32,000 nucleotides of DNA, from NCBI GenBank assembly GCA_964496765.1, contig CAZCAP010000003.1:1-32000 (forward strand), written 5' to 3'. Shown in pieces: positions 17,713-26,630 of the stretch. The position numbers and the translations under genes were made by a program. Position 1 is the first letter of the stretch; the number at the start of each line of letters is the position of its first letter. The DNA comes from an uncultured archaeon. Its GTDB lineage: Archaea > Iainarchaeota > Iainarchaeia > Iainarchaeales > CSSED10-239. Under the pieces are notes generated by a model. It was not told the DNA's origin, did no database searches, and was given only the letters and a program-made list of their open reading frames with translations.

Positions 17713-18300
17713 CTACTTTCCTTTTTCTAATTTTTCTATTTGTCTTTCAACATCAAGCCAGGATCTTGCAATGATTATATTTTTGTCTTTGTACTCATTT
17801 TTTTTAACAGTAAGATATTGAGTGAACCAAATTCCTCCGGTTCCTACTTCCCTGCAGTCCATTAGGTTTGTAAGTGAATCATCTATCATTAGATCAATCC
17901 CATGTTTTGTGCAAATGATTGATTTTTTAACAGGTTCATCTTTGTGGGATCTATTAACTAGGTGTATGTCTTTAAAAAAATTAGGAAAATATTTGTTAAT
18001 CCACATCATTGTTGGATTCATAAGATGAGCTGATCTTGCGGATATTAAATATAGTTCGTGTTTTTTAGATAGGCGTTCAAGAACATTTATTGAATCAGTT
18101 AGCGGAATCATGTTATTATGTTTTTCCGTGTTACAAAAATCATCCCATGCCCCAAAAAATTCGTCCTTTGACATTCCAAGCTGATCAATTTCATCATTAT
18201 ATAATTTATCAAGATTTTTATTATGTTTCTCATTAAGGTATTTTCTAAACCAGATTATAGATGGCGCTAGAACATCATCAAAATCAATTCCAATTCTCAT
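17713..18300 (-). CDS. HAD-like 5'(3')-deoxyribonucleotidase-family protein (NT5C-like)
   Basis: MRIGIDFDDVLAP, YLISAR, and GIDLMIDDSLTNL HAD motifs. Confidence 0.75.
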   Translation of the reverse strand: MRIGIDFDDVLAPSIIWFRKYLNEKHNKNLDKLYNDEIDQLGMSKDEFFGAWDDFCNTEKHNNMIPLTDSINVLERLSKKHELYLISARSAHLMNPTMMWINKYFPNFFKDIHLVNRSHKDEPVKKSIICTKHGIDLMIDDSLTNLMDCREVGTGGIWFTQYLTVKKNEYKDKNIIIARSWLDVERQIEKLEKGK

Positions 18301-18335
18301 ATAATCATCAATTTAAATTTATTCAAAATATTTAT

Positions 18336-18407
18336 AGCCCGAAGGAGATTCGAACTCCTGTCATGAGATTCAGAGTCTCATATGCTTGGCCACTACACTA
18401 TCGGGCT
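18336..18407 (-). tRNA. tRNA-Gln (anticodon CTG)
   Basis: Reverse complement AGCCCGA-TA-GTGT-AGTGGCCAA-GCAT-A-TGAGA-CTCTGAA-TCTCA-TGAC-AGGAG-TTCGAAT-CTCCT-TCGGGCT folds as a full cloverleaf. No encoded CCA. Confidence 0.95.
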
Positions 18408-18414
18408 TTTTGTT

Positions 18415-18675
18415 TTATTTTTTGTATTTAATCCAAATCTTTTTAATTGGATTAAGAGTGAGAGTAGACAAAACAAATGCTAATGATGGAATAATTGCAT
18501 TAAGAAAGGGACTTGGGAGCCCAATAACAATAAACACAATTACTACAACAATATATGTTAATAGAAGGATAACCACTTTTCTAGTTAAACTTGTTTCCCA
18601 TGCCTTGTCAAGCTCAACTCTTATATTTCTTTTCTTAATATTTAAAATTTCGTTTTCAATTTTTTTTGTTTGCAT
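18415..18675 (-). CDS. Small two-TM membrane protein, function unknown
   Basis: 86 aa with VVILLLTYIVVVIVFIVIGL and a second hydrophobic stretch. ATG directly abuts the trpS stop codon (TAG-ATG). Confidence 0.65.
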   Translation of the reverse strand: MQTKKIENEILNIKKRNIRVELDKAWETSLTRKVVILLLTYIVVVIVFIVIGLPSPFLNAIIPSLAFVLSTLTLNPIKKIWIKYKK

Positions 18676-19830
18676 CTATTTGTTCCACATTTCTTTTGCT
18701 AGAGCACCAGTGTACATGTATTTTTCAATAAGTGGTTTGTTTTTAATCTTATTTTTTCTATGATTCTCAAGAAATAAATTTAGTTTTTCAATTAAATAAA
18801 TTTTAATTTCTCCACTTGTTATTTTTCCTGCCTTATAGTCTCTATATATTTCTTTAATCTTACTATCATCTTCTTCAAACAATACTTCTAACCAATTATA
18901 AACCACACAGATTTCTGGAATTCCTCCAAGCTTTCTGTGTTCCTCAAGAGTTGGTCTCCCTCCAGTGAAGGTGTATTTTTTAATCTTGTTTTCAATGGTT
19001 TTTGTATCATCCGTTAAATATATTGCTGAATTGTTATCTGATGATGACATTTTACCTTCCATTCCCTGAAGTGGAGATAATAGTTTATTGTGAACAGCAC
19101 ATGTTTTTTTGTATCCAAGTGATTCTGCTCTATCTCTCTGAACCCTCCAATAGGGATCTTGATCAATTCCTGCAGGAATTAAACAAAATTTATTTTTTTC
19201 AAAAGTAGTTGCTGCAATTTGAACAAATGGATAAAATGTATGTCCTAGGTTTGTTTCTCCAACAAACCCAAAAACAGCTTTTCCTGTTGAGAGTGTTGTT
19301 TTTTTTGCAAACTCCAGTGCCACAGGATACATTTGTTTTATGTATTCTAGATTTTTAAAAATGAATGTTTTATCTGGATTAAATCCAAGAGCTGCAATTT
19401 CTTCAATATCCTTGTCAGCCTGTGTTTTTACTTCCTCAATTGTTAAATCTTTTTTAACAACGAACTTTTCATCATCTGAAAGCATGATATAAACATTACA
19501 ATCAAATTCATCCTGGAACCATTTGGTTGTAATAAATGAAATTAAATGGCCAATGTGCATATTACCTGAAGGGCCTCGTCCAGTGTAAACATAAAAATTA
19601 TTTTTATCTATGTTTGGTAAAATCTTATCCAGATCTCTATGGGAATAAATAAACTCACGTCTAAAGAATTGATGTAATTTTTTAGACTTTGTTTTTAATC
19701 TAAGTCTTTCCCTAAGGTCATCTGTAAGCTCATTTGTTCCAAAGTCTTTAATTAATTTATTATAATCAATGGAACCAGTAACCTCCCATGGATTAACATT
19801 AAATTCATTTGAATCTTTATCTTCGCTCAT
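18676..19830 (-). CDS. trpS: Tryptophanyl-tRNA synthetase (archaeal type)
   Basis: GRGPSGNMHIGHLISF, AGIDQDPYWRVQRDRAE, QGMEGKMSSSDNNSAIYL. Confidence 0.93.
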   Translation of the reverse strand: MSEDKDSNEFNVNPWEVTGSIDYNKLIKDFGTNELTDDLRERLRLKTKSKKLHQFFRREFIYSHRDLDKILPNIDKNNFYVYTGRGPSGNMHIGHLISFITTKWFQDEFDCNVYIMLSDDEKFVVKKDLTIEEVKTQADKDIEEIAALGFNPDKTFIFKNLEYIKQMYPVALEFAKKTTLSTGKAVFGFVGETNLGHTFYPFVQIAATTFEKNKFCLIPAGIDQDPYWRVQRDRAESLGYKKTCAVHNKLLSPLQGMEGKMSSSDNNSAIYLTDDTKTIENKIKKYTFTGGRPTLEEHRKLGGIPEICVVYNWLEVLFEEDDSKIKEIYRDYKAGKITSGEIKIYLIEKLNLFLENHRKNKIKNKPLIEKYMYTGALAKEMWNK

Positions 19831-19906
19831 AATAATATATTATATGTAAAAGCATTATAAACCTTTTGAACCATATATATTAAGAAAAAATAAGGTGTAA
19901 ATTATA

Positions 19907-21130
19907 ATGGACTTTAAAAAATTAAGATTAGATTTTCCTGTTTTAAATAATAAAAAAGAAAAAATAATTTATTTGGATAATGCAGCATCTTCTCTAAAGC
20001 CAAGGCAAGTAATAGATGCAATGGATTCCTATTACAATGAATGTCCAGTTAATATTCATAGGGGAATACATAGGCTATCAATGAGAGCATCAGTTATTTA
20101 TGAAGAAACAATAGATACTACTGCAAAATTTTTCAATTGTAAACGAGAAGAAGTAATATTTACAAATAATTCCACTGATTCAATTAACATGATTTCCCAA
20201 TCTCTACTTTTATCTAATTATTTTAAGAAGGGTGATGAGATTCTTCTTACAGTTATGGAACATCATGCAAACCTAGTTCCTTGGCAAATTGTTTCTCAAA
20301 GATTAGGGCTTAAGCTTAAATTTATTGAAATTAAAAAAGACTTTACTCTTGACTATGATGATTTTAAAAAAAAGTTATCTAAAAAAACTAAATTAGTTGC
20401 AGTAGCTCATATTTCAAACACAATTGCAACCAAAAACAATATAAATTTAATAATTAAGGAAGCACACAAATTTGGTGCTTTTGTTCTAGTGGATGGTTCT
20501 CAGAGTGCACCCCATGAAAAAACAGACTTTAGAAAGATAAATGCTGATTTCTTTGTGTGCACCATGCATAAAATGCTAGGCCCAACAGGAATTGGCATTT
20601 TGCTTGCTAAAGAGCAACTTCTTAGGAAGTTATCACCTAGCAGATTTGGAGGAGACATGGTTTCAAAGGTAACCTTTCAAAAAAGTGAATGGAATACCCT
20701 TCCCTATAAGTTCATGTCAGGAACCCCAAATATCTCTGGAATTTTTGGAACAAAAGCAGCTTTTGAGTATCTAACAAGAGTAGGAATGGATAATATTGAA
20801 AAACATGATAAAGAGCTTCTTTCCTATGCTCTAAAAAGAATAAAGGAAATAGATAATCTAACTTTATATAACCCAGGGAACCCAGATAACCAGGGATCAA
20901 TTCTTTTATTTTCTCTTAAAGGAATAGCCTGCACTGATCTTTCAGCTCTCCTAGACGATATGTCAGGGATTGCAACAAGAGCAGGAATGCATTGTGCTGA
21001 ACCAATTGTATCTAGATTTAGTAAAGAAGGGTTAACAAGAGCTTCTTTCTATTTTTATAATACAAAAGAAGAGGTAGATAAGTTTATTGATTCACTAAAG
21101 AAGATAGATAAGATAGTTAATAAGCACTAA
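19907..21130 (+). CDS. Cysteine desulfurase (SufS-like, PLP-dependent)
   Basis: YLDNAASSLKPRQVIDAM, NIHRGIHRLS, FTNNSTDSIN, MHKMLGPTGIGILL (PLP Lys), SGIATRAGMHCAEP (active-site Cys). Confidence 0.92.
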   Translation: MDFKKLRLDFPVLNNKKEKIIYLDNAASSLKPRQVIDAMDSYYNECPVNIHRGIHRLSMRASVIYEETIDTTAKFFNCKREEVIFTNNSTDSINMISQSLLLSNYFKKGDEILLTVMEHHANLVPWQIVSQRLGLKLKFIEIKKDFTLDYDDFKKKLSKKTKLVAVAHISNTIATKNNINLIIKEAHKFGAFVLVDGSQSAPHEKTDFRKINADFFVCTMHKMLGPTGIGILLAKEQLLRKLSPSRFGGDMVSKVTFQKSEWNTLPYKFMSGTPNISGIFGTKAAFEYLTRVGMDNIEKHDKELLSYALKRIKEIDNLTLYNPGNPDNQGSILLFSLKGIACTDLSALLDDMSGIATRAGMHCAEPIVSRFSKEGLTRASFYFYNTKEEVDKFIDSLKKIDKIVNKH

Positions 21131-21180
21131 TTCTTTGTGTTTTTATGTATTTTTCTTTAGTTTCATAGGTTGTATTTATC

Positions 21181-21208
21181 CTTAAATATATTTATAAATA
21201 TATTTAAG
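21181..21208 (+). repeat. Perfect 28-bp palindrome upstream of topoisomerase VI
   Basis: CTTAAATATATTTA|TAAATATATTTAAG equals its own reverse complement, 66 nt upstream of the top6B start. Confidence 0.8.
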
Positions 21209-21274
21209 TATATATCTATATATAATATATATAGAAGACAACTAAATATTTCTATTTATAAAACGTGATTATAC

Positions 21275-23029
21275 ATGGTTGAACAGGATAAAAAAGAAGA
21301 AACTAAGGTTAAAAATAATAATAAAGTTGGAATTGATGCAGATGTTCTTTTTACAGAATTTAAAGAACATTCGGTTGCTGATTTTTTTAAAAAAAATAGA
21401 CAAATGCTTGGACTTTATGGTAAGCAGAGAACATTAACAACAATAGTTCATGAGCTTGTTACAAACTCTCTTGATGCCTGTGAAGAAGCTGGTATTCTTC
21501 CAGATATTGAAGTTAAGATATCAGCGATAGGAGATGAGTACTATGAAATTGGTGTTATTGATAATGGTCCAGGAATACCTGAAGAAAAAATAGGTTCTGC
21601 GCTAGGTAAATTATTAGCAGGAACAAAGTTTCATAGGCTTGTTCAAACAAGAGGTCAACAGGGAATTGGAGTTTCTGGAATAATTTTATTTTCACAAATA
21701 ACAACTGGTAAACCTAGTAAAGTAATTTCTGGAACCAATACAGGTAGAACCATTTCTCTTGAGATTTCAATTGATTCAAAAACAAATTCTCCAAAAATAA
21801 CTGATAAGCATTATTTAGAAAAAAAATTTAGAGGACTTGCAATCAGATCTAAATTTAAAGAAATACAATATAAGAAAGGACAAAATTCTGTTGATGAATA
21901 TTTAAGAAGAACAGCAATTTCAAACCCCCATGCAACAATTAAGTTTGAAGATCCATTCCAAGAAGTTACCGAGTATGTGAGAACAGTAAAGGTATTACCA
22001 AAGATACCAACTCAGGTTAAGCCTCACCCAAGAGGAGTCACTGTTGATGAAATGGTGTCTCTTGCAAGATATACACAGGCAAGAAAAATATCATCCTATC
22101 TTATGCAAACATTTGATAGGTTTGGACAAACAGCAGTTGATCATATTGAAAAACTAGTACACTTTGATTTAAATAAGGATCCAAAAAAATTAACCTGGGA
22201 AGAAGCAGAAGAAATTGTTCATGCAATTAAGGAAACTAAGTTTATTGCACCAAATACAGATAACCTAGTTCCAATTGGTGAATCATTTATTGAAAAATCT
22301 TTAAAATCAATTGTTAATCCTGAATTTTGTTTTGTTTACACAAGAAAGCCATCTGTTTATAAGGGTGGATATGCATTCCAGGTGGAAGTTGGTTTAGCCT
22401 ATGGAGGAAATGCAGGAAGATTAATTTCTGTAGAGGTTCCTGAAAAAGTAAAAAATAAAAAACCAAAAAAAGATAAAAATGGAAAAATAATAATTGAGGA
22501 AGAAGAAAAACCAAGAGAAATTAGATCCTCAGAAGTTATTAGGTATGCTAATAAGGCTCCTCTTTTATTTGATGCTGGAGGATGTGCAATCACAAAAACC
22601 GTTGCAGCAATAGATTGGAGAAGATACGGGATTCAAAATTTTGATAACAGTCCAGTAACTGTTTTTGTTAATCTAATTTCTGTTCACATTCCCTATACCT
22701 CAGCTGGTAAATCTGCAATTGCAGATGAAGACGAAATATTAACAGAAACAAAGCTTGCTCTCCAGGATGTTGCAAGAAGATTAGGAACATACATTATTCA
22801 AAAGAAGAGAGAGGAAGATAAAAAAGAAAAAAGAAAAGTATTTGCAAAGTATGCTCCAGAGGTTGTGAAGGCATTGGTTCACACAACAGGTGCAGATGCG
22901 AAAACACTTCAAAAAAATTTAGATAGAATGGTTCTAGAAAAATTAAAGATGGATGATGAAGCTGAAGCTAGAGGAGACAAAATCCAAGATGATTACAGTG
23001 AGGATACTTCCGCAAGTGATGATGAATAA
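21275..23029 (+). CDS. top6B: DNA topoisomerase VI subunit B
   Basis: GHKL motifs ELVTNSLDACEEAG, GVIDNGPGIP, GQQGIGVSG. Downstream ANKAPLLFDAGGCAIT. Confidence 0.96.
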   Translation: MVEQDKKEETKVKNNNKVGIDADVLFTEFKEHSVADFFKKNRQMLGLYGKQRTLTTIVHELVTNSLDACEEAGILPDIEVKISAIGDEYYEIGVIDNGPGIPEEKIGSALGKLLAGTKFHRLVQTRGQQGIGVSGIILFSQITTGKPSKVISGTNTGRTISLEISIDSKTNSPKITDKHYLEKKFRGLAIRSKFKEIQYKKGQNSVDEYLRRTAISNPHATIKFEDPFQEVTEYVRTVKVLPKIPTQVKPHPRGVTVDEMVSLARYTQARKISSYLMQTFDRFGQTAVDHIEKLVHFDLNKDPKKLTWEEAEEIVHAIKETKFIAPNTDNLVPIGESFIEKSLKSIVNPEFCFVYTRKPSVYKGGYAFQVEVGLAYGGNAGRLISVEVPEKVKNKKPKKDKNGKIIIEEEEKPREIRSSEVIRYANKAPLLFDAGGCAITKTVAAIDWRRYGIQNFDNSPVTVFVNLISVHIPYTSAGKSAIADEDEILTETKLALQDVARRLGTYIIQKKREEDKKEKRKVFAKYAPEVVKALVHTTGADAKTLQKNLDRMVLEKLKMDDEAEARGDKIQDDYSEDTSASDDE

Positions 23030-23049
23030 ATAATTATTGGTTGATTAAT

Positions 23050-24213
23050 ATGGTTGATAAAAAAGAAAAAAAAAGCGAAGCAAAGACTTCAAAGCAGAAA
23101 CTTGAACAGTATGAGGTTGAAACAAGCAAAGATATTGCTGATCGTTTGTATAACATAGCAACAAACATTGTTCACCAAATAGAACACAACCACTCTCCTA
23201 CTTTTTCAACAAGAGTTAGAGGTTTATCAAATGTTTATTTTGATGAAAAGGAAGGATACATCCAACTTGGTGATAAAACAGTAACTCGTCCATTCCTTAA
23301 TCTTGGTGCTGCTAGAAAGTTCATGCAAACAATGATTGTTAATGATAAGTGCTGTGAATACCTTAAACATGATAAAACTGCATCCATAAGAGAAATTTAT
23401 TATGAATTAAAACACACTGTTGAAAACACAAAAGAAAATACATTTGATGCACAGGAAGAATCAAACGATGTTATTGTTGATTTAGAACATTCAGTTTCCA
23501 CAATCAGAGAAAAATTAGGACTTCATGCTGAACCTCGTGGATCACTCTATGGGGACATAACTTTAAGAGATTTAAAACATAACAACGATGTTTTTAATTG
23601 TAATTCACTTGGACGTGGTGGATGGTCAATCATGTCAAGAATAGAACCTGAAGAGATTGAGATTGTAGATGTTAATGCAGAAATGGTTTTAGTGATTGAG
23701 ACTGCTGCAATGTACAATAGATTAATTGAAGAAAGATATGCTCATAAGCACAAAGCAATTCTTGTTGGAACAAGCGGTCAAGCAGCAAGAGGAACAAGAA
23801 GATTAGTGCATAGACTTCATTATGAGTATAAGTTACCGGTTGTTGTTTTCACTGATGGAGATCCCTATGGATGGTACATCTATTCAGTTCTTAAGAGTGG
23901 ATCAATGGCTCTTGCAGCTCATTCTAAGTACCTAGCTGTTCCTGATGCAAAATATGTTGGAATGACTCTGACAGATGTTGAAACCTATGGCCTTCAGAAC
24001 GTAACTGAAAGAATGAAGGATGGGGATGTTAAGAGAGCAAAAGAGATGCTTGAATATCAATGGTTTAAATCTAAAGAATGGCAGGAACAATTAAAAATTG
24101 CAATTGATAAAAAAATAAGAATAGAACAACAGGCGCTTGCAAACAAATCACTTGATTTTGTTGCAAAGAAGTATCTTCCTGAAAAAATAGAAAATGAGAT
24201 ATTCTTAGATTAA
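23050..24213 (+). CDS. top6A: DNA topoisomerase VI subunit A (Spo11-like)
   Basis: CREIYYEL-like IREIYYELKH, SLYGDI, VLVIETAAMYNRL, VVFTDGDPYGWYI. The track start at TTG 23041 is probably too early; ATG 23050 has an upstream GGTTGAT. Confidence 0.96.
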   Translation: MVDKKEKKSEAKTSKQKLEQYEVETSKDIADRLYNIATNIVHQIEHNHSPTFSTRVRGLSNVYFDEKEGYIQLGDKTVTRPFLNLGAARKFMQTMIVNDKCCEYLKHDKTASIREIYYELKHTVENTKENTFDAQEESNDVIVDLEHSVSTIREKLGLHAEPRGSLYGDITLRDLKHNNDVFNCNSLGRGGWSIMSRIEPEEIEIVDVNAEMVLVIETAAMYNRLIEERYAHKHKAILVGTSGQAARGTRRLVHRLHYEYKLPVVVFTDGDPYGWYIYSVLKSGSMALAAHSKYLAVPDAKYVGMTLTDVETYGLQNVTERMKDGDVKRAKEMLEYQWFKSKEWQEQLKIAIDKKIRIEQQALANKSLDFVAKKYLPEKIENEIFLD

Positions 24214-24230
24214 AACACTAGGAATATATT

Positions 24231-24791
24231 TCATTTAAAATAATCATTTCTATCTGCTTGTCTTGATTTCGCTTTTAGTATTTCTTGTTTTACTGCTTCA
24301 AGATATTTAACCATAAATTGTAGATTGTGTGTGCTTTTTTTTGCAAGATTATTTAATACGTTATCTATGACAGTTATCATATTAGTTGTATATTCTTTTT
24401 CTATCTTTTGAAAATAGGATGCATTGTGTACTTTTGCATCAATTATTAAATAATTTATTTCTTTATTAAGTTGTTTAATTTGTTTAATGTGAGTCCCTTT
24501 AAATCTATAATCATTAATTTTAGCCCCCAGTTCATCTATTAGTCTTTTTATAATTTCTTCCTTTTTTCCAAGATTTGGTTTCACAATTTCTCTTGCAAGC
24601 ACATAGCGAGTTTTGATATCTTCTAAATGTTTTCTTACTCCAATTTTTCCAGTAATTTTACTTCGCAAATCATTTTTTATATTACGTTTTGCTATGTTTG
24701 ATGATTTTTTAAAATTTGCATGTTCTGCTTGTAATCTATCAAGTAATGGTTTTTTTGGTTTATATATTGGTTTTCCAGGCATAATTTTCAT
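24231..24791 (-). CDS. Hypothetical basic, helical protein
   Basis: 186-aa ORF rich in K/E helices, same strand and 54 nt downstream of 24846..25829. No recognised family. Confidence 0.6.
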   Translation of the reverse strand: MKIMPGKPIYKPKKPLLDRLQAEHANFKKSSNIAKRNIKNDLRSKITGKIGVRKHLEDIKTRYVLAREIVKPNLGKKEEIIKRLIDELGAKINDYRFKGTHIKQIKQLNKEINYLIIDAKVHNASYFQKIEKEYTTNMITVIDNVLNNLAKKSTHNLQFMVKYLEAVKQEILKAKSRQADRNDYFK

Positions 24792-24845
24792 CTCCTATCT
24801 TAAATGTAATAAATATATTACAATTAATTAAGCTTATAAAGCTAA

Positions 24846-25829
24846 TTATTTTAATCTTGAATACAATCTTTCTATTTTATATTTTGCTTTTTTTGGTTCC
24901 ATTTTTTGATTGATTTTAATATATGCTTTTCTTAATTGTTTTATTTGCTTGCTTTTTTCAGGATTGGATAAATTACTATCCTTTATTTTTCGTTCAGATC
25001 TTTTAAGAACCGCTCTATTTTCTGTTGTACTATTCTGTTGATTTGCTTTTTCTTTGTAGTTTTTAAATAATCTATTGGGTTCTGCTTTGGTTTTTTCTAA
25101 CTTATTATATAGTTTGTCATTTGCAATTGATTGTAGAGCTACATCCTTACAACCAATATATTTTACGATATAATCTATATTGTTTTTGTCAGCTCCAAAA
25201 ATATTTGTATTATACTTTTTTATTAAATTATATTTTCTATTGAATGTTTTGTTGAAATCATCTGTTGATAACTCCATTAAATCCAGTGTGTGCATTGCCC
25301 CAAACAAAACAATCAAGTTATCTTGTGTTTTAAGATTATTAACTATGTTTTTTGCAATAGATTCATTTCTGAAGTTTGATAGTATAAATGTTTCTTTTTC
25401 TTGTTTGTATTTTTTAATTAAATTGAAATCTTTTTTTTGTTGGGCATCATATATCTTTTTATCTATGTTTATTACTTTCATTTGATAGTAGTTTGTATCT
25501 AATGGACGTATACTAAGACCTCTTTCTCTACAAATGGCTAATAATTGCAGTGCTTCTATTTGACCAGTAGTATATCCTAAACTCTCTGGATATTTTATAT
25601 CAAAATCTTCCATGAATTTTATTGTTTCTGATTTTGCTTCTGGTTTTTTTTTATTGTACACAACCCTATCTGTATATCTATCAAGATACTCTATAACTAT
25701 TGGAGCAAATTCAATTCCAACGGGTGTTCCTTTTTTAAGAGTTTTAAGGTAATCCATTGCTTGTGAATGAGCTCTAAACAGGTTACTATGTATCCAAGGT
25801 ATAAACTCTACTGTCTTATCAGATCCCAT
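24846..25829 (-). CDS. Putative TraB/TIKI/ChaN/EreA-superfamily protein
   Basis: IPWIHSNLFRAHSQAMDYLKTLKKGTPVGIEFAP...RGLSIRPLDTNYY...FRNESIAKNIVNNLKTQDNLIVLFGAMHTLDL: the order of H-motif, E-motif, G-x-D, R-(x)5-N-I and GA-x-H matches the superfamily. Highly basic C-terminal tail. Confidence 0.5.
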   Translation of the reverse strand: MGSDKTVEFIPWIHSNLFRAHSQAMDYLKTLKKGTPVGIEFAPIVIEYLDRYTDRVVYNKKKPEAKSETIKFMEDFDIKYPESLGYTTGQIEALQLLAICRERGLSIRPLDTNYYQMKVINIDKKIYDAQQKKDFNLIKKYKQEKETFILSNFRNESIAKNIVNNLKTQDNLIVLFGAMHTLDLMELSTDDFNKTFNRKYNLIKKYNTNIFGADKNNIDYIVKYIGCKDVALQSIANDKLYNKLEKTKAEPNRLFKNYKEKANQQNSTTENRAVLKRSERKIKDSNLSNPEKSKQIKQLRKAYIKINQKMEPKKAKYKIERLYSRLK

Positions 25830-26016
25830 GTGTAATCAACAAGTATCTTCTTTATGGATACCTTTTTAAATATTTTGACTCAAATAATATATCTTAGACA
25901 TCTTGATTTACAACAATTTATTTATTTTGTTGTTTTTATTAATTCTATTTTTAAATCTTTAGTACTATTATTATATAATTAAATTAATTAGCCTGCGGAG
26001 TTTTAAGTGATTAACT

Positions 26017-26622
26017 ATGGTTCCTGAATTATTATCTTTATTTGTTTTGTTTTTTGTAATCATAGATCCTCTGCAAAGCTTTGCTTTCTTCTTTGTTAGA
26101 ACTAATGGATTAACAAAAAAAGAAAGAATTAATATTGCTCTTTTAGCTACTGGAATAGCAATAGTTATATTGTACGCTTTTCTTTTCTTTGGAAAAGGTG
26201 TGCTTGATTTATTTAATACAAGTATAAATAGTTTTAGGATTGCAGGTGGTGTATTGCTTGTTCTTCTAGGAATTACAATGTGTGGTTATCTGAAAAGCCA
26301 TGATGACCCGGATCCTAAGAATGCAAGAGATGCACACACATCAATAGCAACTGTTATTGCAACTCCACTTCTTTCTGGTCCTGCAGCAATTACTACCACA
26401 ATTATATCAGTTGTTGACCATGGAAGAGTATTAACTGGGCTTGCAATTGGCTTTGTATTAATATTGACCTTTGGATTATTACTTTTGTCAGTTATGTTTA
26501 ATAAAATACTTAATAAAAGTAAGGTTGCAATTAAAGTAGTAACAACAATTTTAGGATTAATTACTCTTGCCTGGGGAGTGGATTTTATTCTTGTGGGTTT
26601 GAAAGTAATGGGCGCTGCATAA
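26017..26622 (+). CDS. MarC family integral membrane protein
   Basis: LFVLFFVIIDPLQSFAFFFVRTNGLTKKER, FRIAGGVLLVLLGITM, TPLLSGPAAITTTI. Confidence 0.85.
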   Translation: MVPELLSLFVLFFVIIDPLQSFAFFFVRTNGLTKKERINIALLATGIAIVILYAFLFFGKGVLDLFNTSINSFRIAGGVLLVLLGITMCGYLKSHDDPDPKNARDAHTSIATVIATPLLSGPAAITTTIISVVDHGRVLTGLAIGFVLILTFGLLLLSVMFNKILNKSKVAIKVVTTILGLITLAWGVDFILVGLKVMGAA

Positions 26623-26630
26623 AGTTCCCA

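Noticed and set aside
19907-21130. sufS as part of an Fe-S assembly operon
   Set aside because: No sufB, sufC, sufD, sufU or iscU genes adjacent; neighbours are trpS (divergent) and top6B.
21209-21235. TA-dinucleotide tract as a mobile-element target or satellite
   Set aside because: Short, imperfect and consistent with AT-rich promoter DNA; no flanking duplications or transposase.
25911-25932. CAACAA...TTGTTG hairpin followed by TTTTT as a terminator
   Set aside because: Lies between two divergent gene starts, where a terminator is not expected; the 6-bp AT-rich stem is weak.
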